Source: Lingula anatina
Taxonomy: Eukaryota > Animalia > Brachiopoda
NCBI GenBank assembly: GCA_051362555.1
Contig: CM120642.1
Span: 32,302,001-32,366,000, forward strand
Length of the DNA: 64,000 nt
Direction: 5' to 3'
This document shows positions 12,701 to 28,500 of the stretch, one piece after another. The notes below the pieces were generated by a model that was not told the DNA's origin, made no database searches, and was given only the letters and a program-made list of their open reading frames with translations. Both the position numbers and the translations under genes were made by a program. The stretch's first letter is position 1; every line of letters starts with the position of its first letter.

Positions 12701-15700
12701 TAACATCTTTCTTATTATCATCTAATGTTACCGCTAAATTGACTATCAATGTCGGTACACTTCCTCAGTGGGTGGAGGACAGTGCACGGACAACAGACGA
12801 GACATTGTTCTGACAACTCGTTATTTCTGACAGCATTTCTGCCGGAACAGCTGGGATTTACCTAATATGGAGTGACTTTGAACATTTGTTCAAACACGTC
12901 TTTTTAAATGTTTGTATTTATATAAAATGATCTAATATGGAGTGACTTCGAACATTTGTTCAAACAGGTCTTTTTAAATGCTTTATATCTATATAAGGTA
13001 CAGCACAATCGTCCATTGTGAGGCTTATGACAGAATTTCCAGAGAGAAGCAGGTGTTATGTTTATGCAAAGATCTGACTAGACAAGCTGTCTTAAAACAC
13101 TGTTTATATTTCACTTTAATTCCAATAATCACACATTTGAAAGTGCTAGAAAAGAAACAACAGTGTTAACAAAAACATGCTCAGTTTTATCAAGGTGGGC
13201 ATTATACAGCTGCTTAAGATCTCCCAAACTTTTTTCCTCCAACTATCTATCTCTTGCAGATCACTCTTCTAGACACTATCAGTTATCGCCAGCTGCCATC
13301 TTTACAGCTTTCGAGGTATGAGAAAATAAAATGCATGATAAAACAATGGTGGCCACTGTGTCCCACTAAATCCCACCTTGCCATGTTATTATAGCTGGGT
13401 TCTATTCCCTTATCCTTTGCCTTTTGTCATCATTCAAAGTAATGAGCCGTAAAAACAGACGGGAACTGTGGTGGGTAACACTCCAGAACCAAGCCTAGAC
13501 CAAAAGTCAAGTACTTCTTCTATAGTAAAGGAACTAAATTCTAAGACACACCAAGCATAGCACTTTTTCAAATGTCTAATCTAGAAGTTCAGGTGTGGGT
13601 GTGTATGTGTGCGTGCACGTGTGTGACGATGCATGTGCAATTGCAGCCATTTCATATCAGCCATTTCAAAAAGTTGTATTTGACTTTCCTTGTTGTTAAT
13701 CCTTGAGTTTGCTATATTAACTTAAGCTATATAGCATACATCAGCCTGAAATCTTTTTTTAATATTTTTTTAATCATAAGGGTCATTGTGCTCATTTTTA
13801 CCTTTGCAAATATGGCAAAGTGTTAGCACACACCATATTACATGGACTTTTTCAGGAACACAGCATTACATACCAGATAATATAAATTGCCAAGATTATT
13901 TTACTATCATCCTCGTCTTTTAATGAGCTTCAACAATTTTCACCAATGTCAGGCTTTGTGTTTACCAAACTTTCACAAAAATTACCCCAATTTTTCTAAG
14001 CAGTGACTCAACGTGACTTAAAATGGCACCCAAGTTCAAAATCGAGTGAAAACCCCCATTTTGGTCTAGACTGCACCCCAATCAAAGGTATAATCAGGGA
14101 AAGATAAGCAAAGAGGCCCTCCTGAATATGACACCGCCTTTCTCAACCAATGCACACACATAATGCACTTTAACCAAAAAAAGAAATCATCAAAGTTATT
14201 CAGGACTATTTTCTCCTTATTGACGTTCTGTCGGAGTCTTCCGCATCTAACAAATTCAGACAGTTTGGAAACCCTCTTCCATTTGCAGTATCATTTCAAT
14301 GTTATTAACATATCTCGGATTACAGGGAACAATGTTCACTAGCTGCCTCCTTCAACCCGATATCTGCTTAAACGGCATTAGGCATACTTTGTAGTTTTCT
14401 TTCTTGTACTATCAGTATCATGTTTATCTTGTTCACAGCCGCTGAACAATGTCACCTATTTTTCACCTGAAATGTTTTTTACAGGGACTGTAAACTGGTA
14501 TTTGGCACAGAAAAAAAAAAGAAATTTTGGTGAATTTTTCAGGATAGCCACAAATGGCCCAAGGAAAAATAATTGAATTTTGGTGATGATCCATTAATTA
14601 ATTAAGTAATAAATATATAAATTAAGTACTCAAGTAATTAATTATGTATACGAAGGACTTTGATGAAATTTTCAAGATAGGTCAAGAATGGGTCAAAAAA
14701 GTTATGATTAGATTTTGGTGATGATCCATTAATTAATTTCTTAATAATTAAATTTTCAGAAATGGGCCAATTTCATAGCAAGTTAAAAACACACACAACA
14801 CCCATTTGTAAATAATGCTGTTAACAAGAAAAGGGCATGTCCCCATAGGCACCAAGTGGACATCCCCAAATGATGGATTCCCCTCCACAACACCCTGAAC
14901 ACGAAAACTGTCATTAAAAAATCTAATAGGTGCAAAGATAAACATGGAGGCATTTAATTTTATTCGTATTCTGACCTGAAAGACCCGCTTTTATTCAAGG
15001 TGACACATTTAATCACTTGAACAAGGTATCTGACTTACCTGTAACCTTATAATGTCACAGGTAGTTTGCAACAGATCATGTAATTTGTCAATGTCACATT
15101 CTGTTACCTTGTAAGTTGTAACCATCATGTCTTGTAAATAGCTCTTGCTAGTAGCAAGTTCTTTCTCTTTCATGTTGCCTTTTACTCAAGATTACTTAGG
15201 TTATACAAACAAGACATTTCTAATCTTATTGAATCCTTCTTGGAAATCACAAAACATATATATAGCAATGTTCCAATTTTTCCCATGCAAAGATATCCTA
15301 AATAAATTAAATGTCCCAGATATTTTATCAAACTTCACCTAAGAGAATACTGGGATTATCTTAAAATTGTGCTGTTGACTCCATGAAATCTACAATATCT
15401 TCAGATCTGGTATCAATGAGAGCAGAGGGCAGGTCCATTTTTTTTTTTACAGGAGAATAAACATCAGTTGAGGGGTAAAAATGGCGTGTCATTGGAAGTA
15501 TACAAACATCCCTTTTTTCATTTGCCTGGAGACCATCAAGTTTTGATAAGATCTCTTGTTATGGTTCAAACTTCAGATGGCAAGGATCACTTTCTACACA
15601 GACAGGAACCAATCTTCTAGAAACAGAATTAGACTGTCTGGTGCTATGCCTGTTTTTAACACACACAGACTTGCACACATGTACGCACGCACACACACGC

Positions 15701-18700
15701 ACACACACACACACATACATGCAATGGCATCAAAACAACTATCATAAAAGCAGTGAAAATCATGCCTTTCCTTAAGTAACACATCACATTATTCTATAAC
15801 TGGCTTCATATTTTTTTGAAGTATGGATCATAATATTATCATATATCTACCTATACATTAAAAATTTCCCCTCGGCATTGTTTTCACTGTTGTACAAATA
15901 AGTTCTTTAAAAAAATAACAAAAATTATTCTAGACTTCATGCTCACCCTCCTCATCAGTGGTTGCAATCATCATCAGTTTTCAAACAAATTTAGTTTAAT
16001 ATGCCAGAATCAAGTTGGAATTTTTTCAAACTTCAAATAATAAACAAGTTCCCATTAAAAGTTCAAACCAAGTCAGCATGCATGTACTGTGGCTGAAAAC
16101 ACTACAACACTTCCTGGATTCATTGATAATAAAACATACACGCATGCATGCATACTCACATATATACACACATACGTGCATGGCATTGTGCACCACACGC
16201 ACGCACGCACACACACGCACACACTCTAAAACCACCCCAGGACATGCAATTCTATTCGGATATGACTGTAATGTTGTACAAAAGACCTGGAAGTAGTGTC
16301 AACTCAAGTATTTGGTTTATCCTTAATGTTTGCTACTAATTCAAGTGAAATTCAAACTTTTAGGTGCCAAGCTATTTGTCTGAGTCACTCTAAACTTTCA
16401 AGCAAGAATATACAAGGAACAGAATACCCTGATTTATTTTCACAGCAAGCTGATTGTGTGGATGCATTCAAATGTGTTCTCACAATAAATGATTAAGTTC
16501 TTATTCCAGGAGTTAGTTACTTGATTGAAAACCCTCTTATTGTCCAATCCCCTCTTAATTACACAAATAAACTGCAGTTGGTTTTGCAGAAGAACTAAAT
16601 CTTAAGTTGGTCTTAATTTCTGGATTGAAACTCTTAGAGCGCATTCTCAACGAATTAAGCCAGGCTTTACAAAGCCGGTGACCTAAAAATGGAGGACGTA
16701 CATGAAAGAAAAACCGCCTAATCTTTTAATAGTCTCTCCGCCTCCCCACACGTCGTCCCTGCGGGGTACAGTAATAAAATCGCGTCTCCGTTCGCCATGC
16801 GGAAGCTACCTGAGAAATATTAAGTGCGCATGCTCATCAGTTAAACTCGTGGTGAAGAAAGCATGGCGGCTGAAGGCAATCGAAGGAAAAAAGCTCTTCT
16901 GTTCTATTATCTTTGAAAACAGAGACGAAAAAGGAATAATTTGGCCCGTAGAGCAGCAATGAATCGACTATCTACGGAGATAATATCACCAGAGATATTC
17001 ACGGAAATATTAATGTTCGGAGCCGAGATTTAATTACTGTACCCCGCAGGGACGACGTGTGGGGAGGCGTGTGAGAGGCGGAGAGACTATTAAAAGATTA
17101 GGCGGTTTTTCTTTCATGTACGTCCGCCATTTTTAGGTCACCGGCTTTGTAAAGCCTGGCTTAATTCGTTGAGAATGCGCTCTTAGTCTTCTTTGACCAC
17201 ATAAATCAGTTATAATGCAATTAAATATAGAGCTATTTTGTAAATCCTAAATGGAAAACATAACAGTGGTGGGAACATATCAGACTTGCCCCAAACAGAA
17301 GTAGATGAAACTTGTCTATCTCAAAGTTTAAGCCAAATTTCCGTATATACTTATTTCCCAGGACAGTAAAGTGAGTGGTGAATGGACTTATAGGTGGATT
17401 GCATGAAGGAGATGGAATCACGTGTCCACTTCCTGAAACAAGAACTAAAACTTTCTTTGTTACGTTGGCACTGAATGCGGTTTCTGTGTCACTTACACTT
17501 TTCCCTGGCAATAATGCTCGAAATGTGTTTTATGGCGGCTTTTAAGGGTTCAAATGTTTCGAGAGAGGTCTGTTACCAAAAGTAATATACACTCAATAAA
17601 CCGTCTGAGTTAGAAAAAGGTTGAGGACAAACTGTTGTGGTGAAGTTTATGGCAGGATATTGCACAATGCTCGTATTAAGATACAGCAGTTTTCAGGAAA
17701 TGGCGCCATTTGCCCAATATCCTGGCATTTCTCTTTCCCAGGAAACTCACAGTAATGATCTGAGAGACACCATAATTCTAACATTAAATGAGGATGAGTT
17801 ACAATCAAGATGCATTGGCTGTTATATCAATATGTCATATTCTTGGCACATTATACCTAGTTTATGACCTTCAACCCAATAATTAACAGATCTTACTGAG
17901 TCATTCTGAAATATATGTAGTAAGCACATTATTACTCGAACATGACAACACCACATAGGAAGGGGGGCGGGGGTGGGGGGGTCTTAAAAAGAATACAAAT
18001 CCAGGCACTTTATCAACTGTTTCATATCAACTGCATTACAGCTATTTCTGAGTTCTTTGAAATATGTGTGGAGTTCTCAACTTTATAAACAACAAATAAG
18101 CAATAGTCCAAAAGCAATAAAAACTTTCATTAGAATTAATTCCAGGTCACAACCCTAAAAAGTTATTGGTATGTCTAATTCAGTGAAAAAAAGAGTAAAA
18201 TCTAAATGTGAATGGGAAATACAAAGGTTCTTGTAATCTGATAAGTTTTGATTTTAATCCATATGGAATTGATCTAGCCTTGATTTGAAGCTATTTACTT
18301 TTCCCTGTGGTCTAAAAGGCAAAACAGTCTTTTTCAATTTGCTTCTCAGCAAGGACCAATCAAGTGCGTCACCTCTTGGGGTAATTCTGTGCTAGATCCC
18401 TCAACTCAGTTGGCAATGAGGGAGAGAAAAAACAAGCCAAATAAATGATATCTAGTTGTGTAGCAAAATGTTTGGTTATCTGATAAAGGGAAAATCCTGT
18501 CAGAGGAAACCCAAGAATTGGCACCAACCAGCAATATAGCATTGATTACAAATGGATTTCTTCTTATGTGGCCAACAAATAGGGTAGAATACATGATATT
18601 AGAAGAAATAATGCTTTTATCCCAGTATGCCATTTGATAAAACTAGACAGCAAAACTGCAAATGTACACAGTAAGCAGTGAATACAGTGAGTTGAGATGT

Positions 18701-20213
18701 TTCCAGCAATCAGAGAGCAAAGATAAAGCAAACATTTTCACTGAAGGCATGTACATGTATATGTAAAGGGACATAGTTAAATAGCCTCTCATTTTGCAGC
18801 TTAAAGTAGTTGTGGGGATCATGGCAACCACAACCCATTAAGCTACCCAGATGGAATGGGGTGGGGGTGGGGGGGTTGAGGGGGGGTCTTCCCACTTAAC
18901 AGGTGGCACCATACAGTTCTTCTGGGTGCTGCGTCCCAATAAACTGTACTGAGTGACCACTCTTAGAGTGATTCCTGGGACGTTGGTCATTGACAGTGAC
19001 ATCTGTTCCAATGTCAAGTGGGACAAGAAGCCGTGTCAACAACCTGTCTGAAGGTGGTAACACAGCAAAGTTGACAGAACCATTATACACGCAGTACAAA
19101 AACTGTTGTCCACCTATTGCCACAATGGTGTATTTTAGCTGTTTATCTCATAGTTGGTACCAACTGACCAGGATGGTTGTGTGGGGGTGTGAGAGGAGGT
19201 GGAGGGACTTGCAGCCACTCTGAAAAATCAGCCTATGGTATTAGCAACGCAGAGCAGAGTACCTCAGAGCTAGCCATGAGATCAGACCAGAACATATCTG
19301 AACTGCTGTTCAAATCTTGCCTTATATTTACACAGACCTGAGACAATTATGAAATGTCCCAGGACTGATGACAGCACATGTTCATTAAGCACCCTATCTT
19401 TGAGCAAGCCAACGGTCCCCATTCTGGAGGTAATACTATTACCCATGCAGGTATAGAGTACAAGTAGCAATTCAACAATCCACACACGTATGGTAGAAAG
19501 ATGTCCACAAATGCCACACTGATCATAAATTAAGGAGCCATCCAAAAGTTTAATGTACTTTAAAGTTTACTCATCTCTCAGAGTCTCTCGATCTCTCTCT
19601 TTTTCAGGTTCATTATAACTAGCATGCTTGATATTTCTTGTATTGACACATTACAGAAAGCAAAGAGCAACAAATCTAAAAGCATCACCTCACTGAAACA
19701 CAGGGGCAGACCTTGCTACAAAGAAAAAGGGGAAACTTCCATGGACCGAGATGTGTGAATAGCAAGTCAATGGGAGAAAATTGCCACATGATCAGGAATT
19801 ATATTAAATATCGATAAGAAGTCAAAGACAGTGCTTGAAAATCATTAAATATAAATCTGCCTGTTCAACATCATGTGTTCATTTCTATATATCATCCCGG
19901 CAGGATGTGTATAGTTTACACTCTTAAGGGCAAAATACCTCTGCCAAATATTTAGACCTCCCAGCCTGGCACACTTTGCACCTCAAGAGCACAGAGAGGG
20001 GTGAGGTACCCATTTCTAACACCAAAACCTCAAAAACTCCTGATCCAGGAACTCTAGTGACTTTCTCCCCACCTCAAAGCTTACAATTACATAAAAATAT
20101 TCTACAGCTATATATATATATATCCTTTACACTTTGTTGCATATCTGTTGTTAACTTTTTCTTAATAGCTGTGTTCCCACCTCTAATTACTCCACTGTTC
20201 TCCCCCCCCCCCA

Positions 20214-20261
<48 letters not shown>

Positions 20262-23007
20262 AGAGAGAAAAAATATAACAAATCAACTTGTTTTCAGTGA
20301 AAGTATTGAACTTTATCAGTGTTACAATGCATATGCTCAAGTAGATAGTTTGGAACATCTAAATACTTTTCCAGATGAAGCATATCAATTCACACTGCTT
20401 GACTGTTAAAATTTGATCTGTTTGGGTTGAAAGCCAATCTATATACCTATCCTTTAAAAGACTATCAGCCCTTAAGGACCGGAAACACATCTTATAGCCA
20501 GAAATGGTTGGGATGAGTCACACGGAAAGTGGAGAATCCATGCTTAATTTATCACTTTTAATCTTTTTTCCTTAGGCAAAAAGAACTTTATTTCTGTCTT
20601 TGTAAAAAGTATAACTAAAAATTGGAGAGAAAATTTGCAACTCTCTGCCAAATGATGTCTCATTTCTTTTGCACTTTTATGTTCTACACTTTTGTAAAAA
20701 ATCAGAATAATATTCTGTGTTCCTTTTACTGGGAAAATTAAAGATTAGAAAGTAATCACTCTGTATGTGGTATAGGTTATATTTTCTTCTTACCACATAT
20801 CTACTCTGGGGTAGCGCTAGCAATTTTTTTACGCTTAGCCAAATCACCACATTTTTGTCAATTTGTTATCCAAATGATTTTAATTTGACAAAAATTGGTC
20901 AAATCAAGCCCTTTTTGTTTAGCCAAGTTGAGCCATTTTTAGCATTTGGCTAAATTGGCGAGTGTTAGCGCTACCCCAGTTATATTTTGTTCTTACCACA
21001 TATCTACTGGTCTAAGGTCCTTTAAAAGGGTGCACATGAGTGTGAGTAGATGGAAATGCTATATTAAAATATCTCATCATTAATTTATCTACACAGTCAG
21101 AAAACTAAAACTAACATTTCTGGAAAATGAATTTTTTCTTTGGCAATTATGACATCATTCTCTGTTTTTTTCAAATATATATGCAATGCAATATAAATGA
21201 TATTTCATATCAGAAAAATAGTTTGATAACCACATGCAAAAAAGGAAGAAAGAAAAAGAAAAAAATCTTTCTAACTCTTTCCAAACTGGGCATGACAGAA
21301 AGATTTGCCAGGTCTTTTTTAGTTAAGAACACTGTCTGTCCAGGTCAACAATTACCTGTCGGACTTTTTACCTGAACAAAAGTAATCAAATTAATTGGGG
21401 GAAATGAAACAAGCAGGTTTACTGTGGGTCAATAGGATAGACTTGATCCTGGCTACTGCTGGTCTTGAAGACTTCCTCTCAGTCTGGAGCTGAAGGACTG
21501 ACAGTTTCCCCAGGTCTGAGAACTTTATAAATTATTTTTTTTTTGCATTTTATACCTAGTATCTTAGTATGTCTTTTGCCTACTAGTCCACTTGAGCGAA
21601 ATTTAATATATCGAGATTTTCCCTGAGATAGTCAATATTTTCTTTTTCATTTTCGAAAATCTCTAAGACTCACTAAGACTCAATCTTTATTTGGCCTGAA
21701 TAAGAACACATTTTTGAATTCATTAAAAGGATTATGTTACTTATTTCAAAGGAAGTAGCATTACCAGAAAAAAAACTAAGCACCAAGAGACACTTCTTAA
21801 AAAGGAAAGATGTAAAGGATTTTCACAAACTACAAAGTTGTGTAAGAGGGAAACACTTAAAACGCCCTCTGCACAGGGATATCTTGCATCTAATAGTCTA
21901 GCAAATCAACTTGGTCACCCCTTGACGCATCTAATCTTTGAACTGGTCTTACTTAAAAATACATCTATGCAGCTAAATAATGCACAAAAATGCAACTGAC
22001 CCTAACTCGTAAATTCAGTTGTCAAACAGCTCCAAAAAAACCTGGGCACAAGAGAACTATCCTATGTCAGGTAAACTCTCCCTTATCACATATTGATCTG
22101 AGACTGCTGTTTAATGAGGCAAACATGATCCCGGCTGATGAGACAAGGTCTTTGTCAGAGATGGCATGGTGTCACAGCCTATTGGCCAAAATGGGATCAC
22201 TAAGCTCAAATTTAAGCGTAAATACCATTGAAATTCATTTTTTTACCCATTTACCCTTCTACTTTGAATGGCGACATTTAAGTTGCGATTTTATCACAGA
22301 GATACCTGGGCTTGAATGTTTGTGGTTCTTGAGGATCAGAATGCATTTATCCGAATTCTATTATCCATCATGTTTTTGATTCAAGGGATTGAAACTCAGT
22401 AAGATGCTTATGGGGGGTTTTGTTCATTTCTCAATTTGCTGCAAAGCTACCAAACGAACTGCCATTGTACCAAAACATCCATGAATTTTAAACAAATAAG
22501 ACTTTACAACAGGTTTTAAAACTGATAAAGAGAAAAGCCTGAAATAGTGCATGAACATCACCATTAATTTCTTTATTTTGACATATATTTTGGAAACAAA
22601 AATTAGTCAGCAAGATTACCAAACCAAATAAATGAATTTACAAATCGTTATTTATTTATATATTTATTTATCTATTTTGTTTTCACCCTATCTCATTTTC
22701 CTTTGGATTCCTGTTCACCACCACTCTCCCTAGAGAACACAATCATAACAGTGGCAGAGGAGGGCTAAGTGGCCAGGGAATATCCAGTGTCTATTATACT
22801 AGATACACTATCAAATATCTCTCTGCTTAATTAACTTTTAAGAGCCACTGTCTTTTGATCTTGTAAAGATAGACCAATGGATAATTTAAGTGCATGGACC
22901 AACACAATTTTACAAACTACAATGACACAAAATTCATTATTTTATAGAGTCTCTTCAAGTCCCTAACTTTTTTATGTGTGCTCTAGTATTAGTGTCTCAT
23001 ATTTTTT

Positions 23008-23044
<37 letters not shown>

Positions 23045-25527
23045 GGCTCTCAATCCAAAAACCATATTTCATTCATTTTAAAAACTTTGCTAAGAAATAT
23101 ATCTTTTATTTAACAAGTGAAACTTAGGAGAACAGAGGTCGGGGTCATCTGTAAAATGGTGAACTAAGATGGTTGCCAATATTCCCATGTCCACTTTAAG
23201 CATAATAGCAATAGTAGATAAGCTCCCTTTGTTGCTATTTACCCAAACCTCCGGAAACATCAAATACTTCAAGTGCGCCTCCCTGTTATAACTCTCATCT
23301 TTCACTAACCAGGATTACCTCTAGTGCTTGTAGGTATGTTTTATGAACAGTGAAATGTTAAGCCTATAAAGAAATAGTGTGTCTTTGTGCATGTGCGTAT
23401 ATGTAAATTTGCCAGATGGCCAGACAGACAGACACACAGACAGACAAATATACTGGCAGATGAACAAGGAAAAACATATATTTATGTATCTATTCCTTGT
23501 AAGAGAAAGCATTTTAAATGATAAAATTTTGTAACATTTATCTGGGAAGAAAATCCAAAATATAATTTCACGAAAATCTCTGTTAAAGATCTTCAATATT
23601 TTCCATTTTCTTAATTTCAATATTTGACTGTTCCTACCAAAACACTGACCACTAACTGTAGTAACAATATTGACAAAAAATCTCAAATTCACTCGGTGGA
23701 GATTAAAATTTTTCAACCAGACATACCAGAGACCACAACATTTTCATGTTAAGCCCATTTGGTTTGTTAGCCCCGCCTCTAGACAAATTTACAGTTATTC
23801 AAGAGCCAACTTAAGAACAGCGTAATCCAAGCAGGCTTGATAAACTACCATAAGGTACAACAGGCATAATCATACTGAAAGAAATAGGGGCAGTTTCAAC
23901 TTATAACATGACTATAATAGCATGAAATATTCAGAGAGAATATACACAGAATGCTAAAAAAATGTTACTTGCCTTCCACTGTACTGTCCATTACTGAATA
24001 TCTTTTAAAATTTTTTATCCCAGCATTTCAACCAATACATATTAATAAAATACATGAATTGAAAATGACACAGAAGAATCTCCAACAGATAGAGAAGCCC
24101 TATCCCTGTTCCTGCTTCTCAAGGGAATGCATAAACCTGAAAAAGGCATACATGCCATCTGTGTAAATTGTTAAAGCAGTAAAAAAATGTCTACAATAAT
24201 TACAGGGGATGCTAACAACTGTTTGTGAGAGGTCTATAAATCTCTTCTTCATTAAAATTACCTCTACTCTTCATGAAACACATATATAAGACAGCTTTTA
24301 AAAATATAGTAATTCAGCATTGGAATTATAAGATGAATACATAAAGAAATAAAATAATACTGAGATATCAAACACTTTGTAATCGTCATTAAGGAAAGCA
24401 TCAGCTTCTCTATATATTACCTGCAGTATTACAGACAGGCATTGTATAATACATGGTATCTGCTGTGACTTAAACAACAAAAGGTGTACCACTTTTAGGA
24501 TTCTGTGACACAAACTAGAATACAAACAGAAATGGTGTTGCTGAGAAGGGCCCCAGTAAACATAACAATACTTATATCATGATTGCCAGAGAAATAATTG
24601 TTAAATGGTTACGTTTTGTTAAGTGCAGTGCTCCAAATTGAGCTCTCCAACACCAACAACTTAAATCTCTTGAGGTGAAAAGCTTATGCAAGTGCACCGA
24701 CTCATTTCGTAGAAAAGCAGAATTTTGTCACTTGCCCTTTTTGATTATTATCAAATTTACTGCACAAACTGGAAGAACTATCAAGGGGCCTGTTGCTTGT
24801 GGAAATTTTTAATCCTACATGAAGCTGGCTAGCGGTGCTGGTCTTAGATCAAAAGATGTGAGGGTGACGAGAGCAAGAGAATGGCGGCCCATTCTTCATG
24901 CCTATGGTAACCTTCAAAATCAACCATAAAGGAAAGCTACCAATGTTGTTAATTTTTCTCAAAGGCCCATTTGCAAAATTGTTTATGGCACAACTTCAGG
25001 GTAAATTTCATTTTTTGCCCACATCACTTATCTTTGTTTGGATTCAGTTTTTTCAATTATCTGTAACCGAGGATTGCCTATTACTTTTGCCTACAGTTTC
25101 ATTTTACCAGAAGTCTTGTGGAACAGTTAGAGAGTTTGTTATGGCAGTACAAATGAAACAGATCAGCTGATTATAATTAGCAGTAACAGGATGAAAAATA
25201 CCATGCAGCCAAACTGCACTTAAAATGTATTGTGATGTATATTTAAGACTGTGTTCCCATATGCCCATTGTACTAGCTGGATCGATCTAACTCTGAGGGA
25301 TTTCTTGCCTAAGTAATTTCAGTGTTATCAGCTTTATTGTCTGGCATGCCCCCTTGAGTATCAAGGAGGTAATTGACTATCTTTAATTATCCCCCCCCCC
25401 CCCCCCCCCCAGCAACTTGAGTCGGTGTGGTAGATATTTGGGCTGCTTTCACTAAATGCAATTTAACGAGAATCCCCGCAGAGTTAGATCGATATAGCTG
25501 GTACGAAGGATTTATGGGAATGCTCCC

Positions 25528-25576
<49 letters not shown>

Positions 25577-28500
25577 AGAGGGTTTCAATAGAAGTCAATA
25601 AAAACCGAGAAAAAGTTAAGTAAATGAACACACGTCAAATCTCATTTCAACTTTTTTTGTTCTAATCAACCAGTCAATCATTTATGCCTCAAGGACAAAT
25701 CAAACATCTCCATTTATTCAATCAATATTCACATTTCTATAGCAAATTATACTTCAATACAGAATCTGATATCAAATTGAAATGTCAAACCATGCAATTT
25801 GGAAAATTAAGCCTCTTAAGTCCCTCTTTTCACAATGCCCTTTTAAATGGCTTTAATATGCAAGAGGAAGACAAACAGAGAGGCTTTGATCAGTCACCGA
25901 GGCAGTGAAACCAATGAACCAGCGCTGCCACCTACCCTGAAGCACAGCTACTGTCAACAGGAAGCTGAGACATTAAGGTCGACATACGACCACTGACTTT
26001 TGGTCTGTCTTTATTGTGTTGATGGAAGGGCAGGATATGTGTCCCAGCCAAAAAACCTGAGCAAAAACTCCACATGATCAATCTTATGGCAATAATAAAG
26101 GTCTTTTCAACTTTTAATGGACAGTGAGTGGGGAAGAAGGAAAATGTTCTGAAAAGGATGTTGAAAACAAGGAAAAGTAGTGTGAGTGGTGTAGACAGAA
26201 TACTTGGATGTGGGTTCCTGGACAGACAGGATCCTGGAAAAATGCCCCCCCTCCTAAAAAAAATGAAGAAGAATAAGAAAGAGAATAAAAGAGAAAGAAA
26301 GGAAGAGAGAAACAGAGAGAAAGTCTACAGCAACAGCAAAATTAATATTTTATAACAGTTTCCCCTTTTTCTTTCCCTGTTTTTTTACTGGGAGGGATGG
26401 GGGTCAGGAGATTAAATTTCACACTGATAATCTTCACCATAAAAATACACCAAGGGCTGCTTTTATAGTTGAGTGGCATTATTCTTCAAGTACTGAAATA
26501 TGCCGAAGGGCTGATATTTAACACTACCAAAATGTGAAATTCTAGTTTGAATGACACAATAATTTCAAAGGTCTTGTGTGTTGTACATTTTATGATTTAA
26601 ATTACAGTAAGTTAATCTCAAAATTGAAGGACTTTAGGTCTCTTTATACCTGAGTTCTTTAAAACCGTAAATTGGCCTAACTTGTGCAACCAGACAGCCA
26701 CATTACGAGGGAAGGAGAGAAGCGCCATTGTGCAACTTTTCTTTTCTGCAATATGAATATCTGATAATCTTACTTGACTATGAGTGTTTAGTTTTTCTGG
26801 TCTTAGAAGATGCCAAGCTACATGTTTACTTGAGCTAATGGGAACGTTTTTTGACATATATCGTTACTAAAATTCCCCCATAAGACATGATGTAATGTGG
26901 ATTATGCTTATCTTTGGCCATGAAAGGAATAGAAAAGAATGTATGTGCCAAGAGCAAACCTTTAATCTAATCGAATTACAGTATTAAACCCTTTTGAAAG
27001 TGCATCACCAGTGTATTGGTGTGCTCTCTTTCATGTACATGCTTTTTCTTACAACTAAAACCACATCCCAAACTTCTACTCGTGGTTACTAAAAGAGGTT
27101 TTGGACATGGTAATTTGCCCATACGGTCCTGGGGATTTCTGGGGTGTGGAGATCGGGCCCTAGAGATCTACCCCACTGGTTGGGTAGTGCAGAGGAATTT
27201 AATATATATTCTGTCAAGGAGAGTTAATTGAAATATTATTGTTAAACTGACATCAGAGTATCAATGCAACAGAAAACAAAATCTGTAGAGGTATCTGCTT
27301 TCAAATTGCCTAGCCACCAAAAAATAATAACTATTTTTTCCTTGAGGCAAAATGAATTGTTCTTAGGGTCTGATGAAAATTTCACTTTTTTCATCAGTCC
27401 TGTAGTTGCAGCATTGTTATCCTTTTTTTCCAAGAATCTCTCTCTCAGACTACCCAGTGGCATGGCATATCTCTCTGAAGGTTTGACTTTTCTAACTACA
27501 ATTGTTCAGTCTGTGTTGGTAATTAGTATTTGTTAAATCAAAGTTAAAGCCACAGTGCAGTACCGGTGAGTGACAAAACAGCTGAAAGGAAATCTTTGTT
27601 TAATTGGTGATCACCTCTGGAGGAAAGAGGAGTGTGCCAGACAGACTTAAACAATCTAAAACCTATTAAATCCTGAAAATAAAGACATAAGAAACCCACA
27701 CAGCATTTCATGAACACACACACACTTGAGTGTTTCGCCCTTTTTTGATGGCTTTGTGTTTGTAAAATATTGCAACATGCAAGTAACCTAGCTGAAATCT
27801 CCACAAAACAGGAAACTATCTTCTTTCCTCCTTTCTTTATTTTTTGCTATATAGATGCCTGTTACCATCAAATATAATTTCACTTTATATCTTTCTCTAC
27901 AGCATCCTTTATACCACTACTTTATACTGCTTTTACCCTGTCTTGTTGTTGAATTATTCTCCATAAGCATATAAATTGTCCAATTATAATATCTGTTTAC
28001 CATTTTTATCTAAAGCTTTTTTTACTGTCTTTTACCTATTGTCATTCATATGTGTCCTTGGATGTGAAAACACAGCTCTGAAAGTGCCCCACACAAACAC
28101 AAACCCAAACTTTGAGAAAAGAATGGGGGGAAAATGGAAAGCCCATGGTGTTAAATCAGTATCAGTTTCAAGTGTGGTTTCTCATGGTCAGTGACTGATA
28201 CCTTCTTTGTGTTTTAATACTGTTTAAATTCAGTATTGGTCTCCGTAGGAAGTCTGGAGCACCTGCCAAATGTGTACAAAGATTCACTGAGAACAATCCT
28301 TAAGTTTGGGAGGCAGCAGTTTCCTTTCTTTTCCCTGACATCAGAATTGAAAAAAAGCCACCACTTGCAGCACACCAGGTCAAGCTGGATGGATGTGTCC
28401 CAGTCATTGTAAAACCCAGGACTTAATACTCACCAATGCCCGATTCTCAATAGCATTGCATATTACTGAAATATTTTTTTCACGTATATCCATTTTTTTT

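Noticed and set aside
18406-19545. Cluster of short ORFs in a slightly GC-richer part of intron 1, considered as a nested gene
   Set aside because: No recognisable domain or consistent splice chain; cannot be supported without transcript data.
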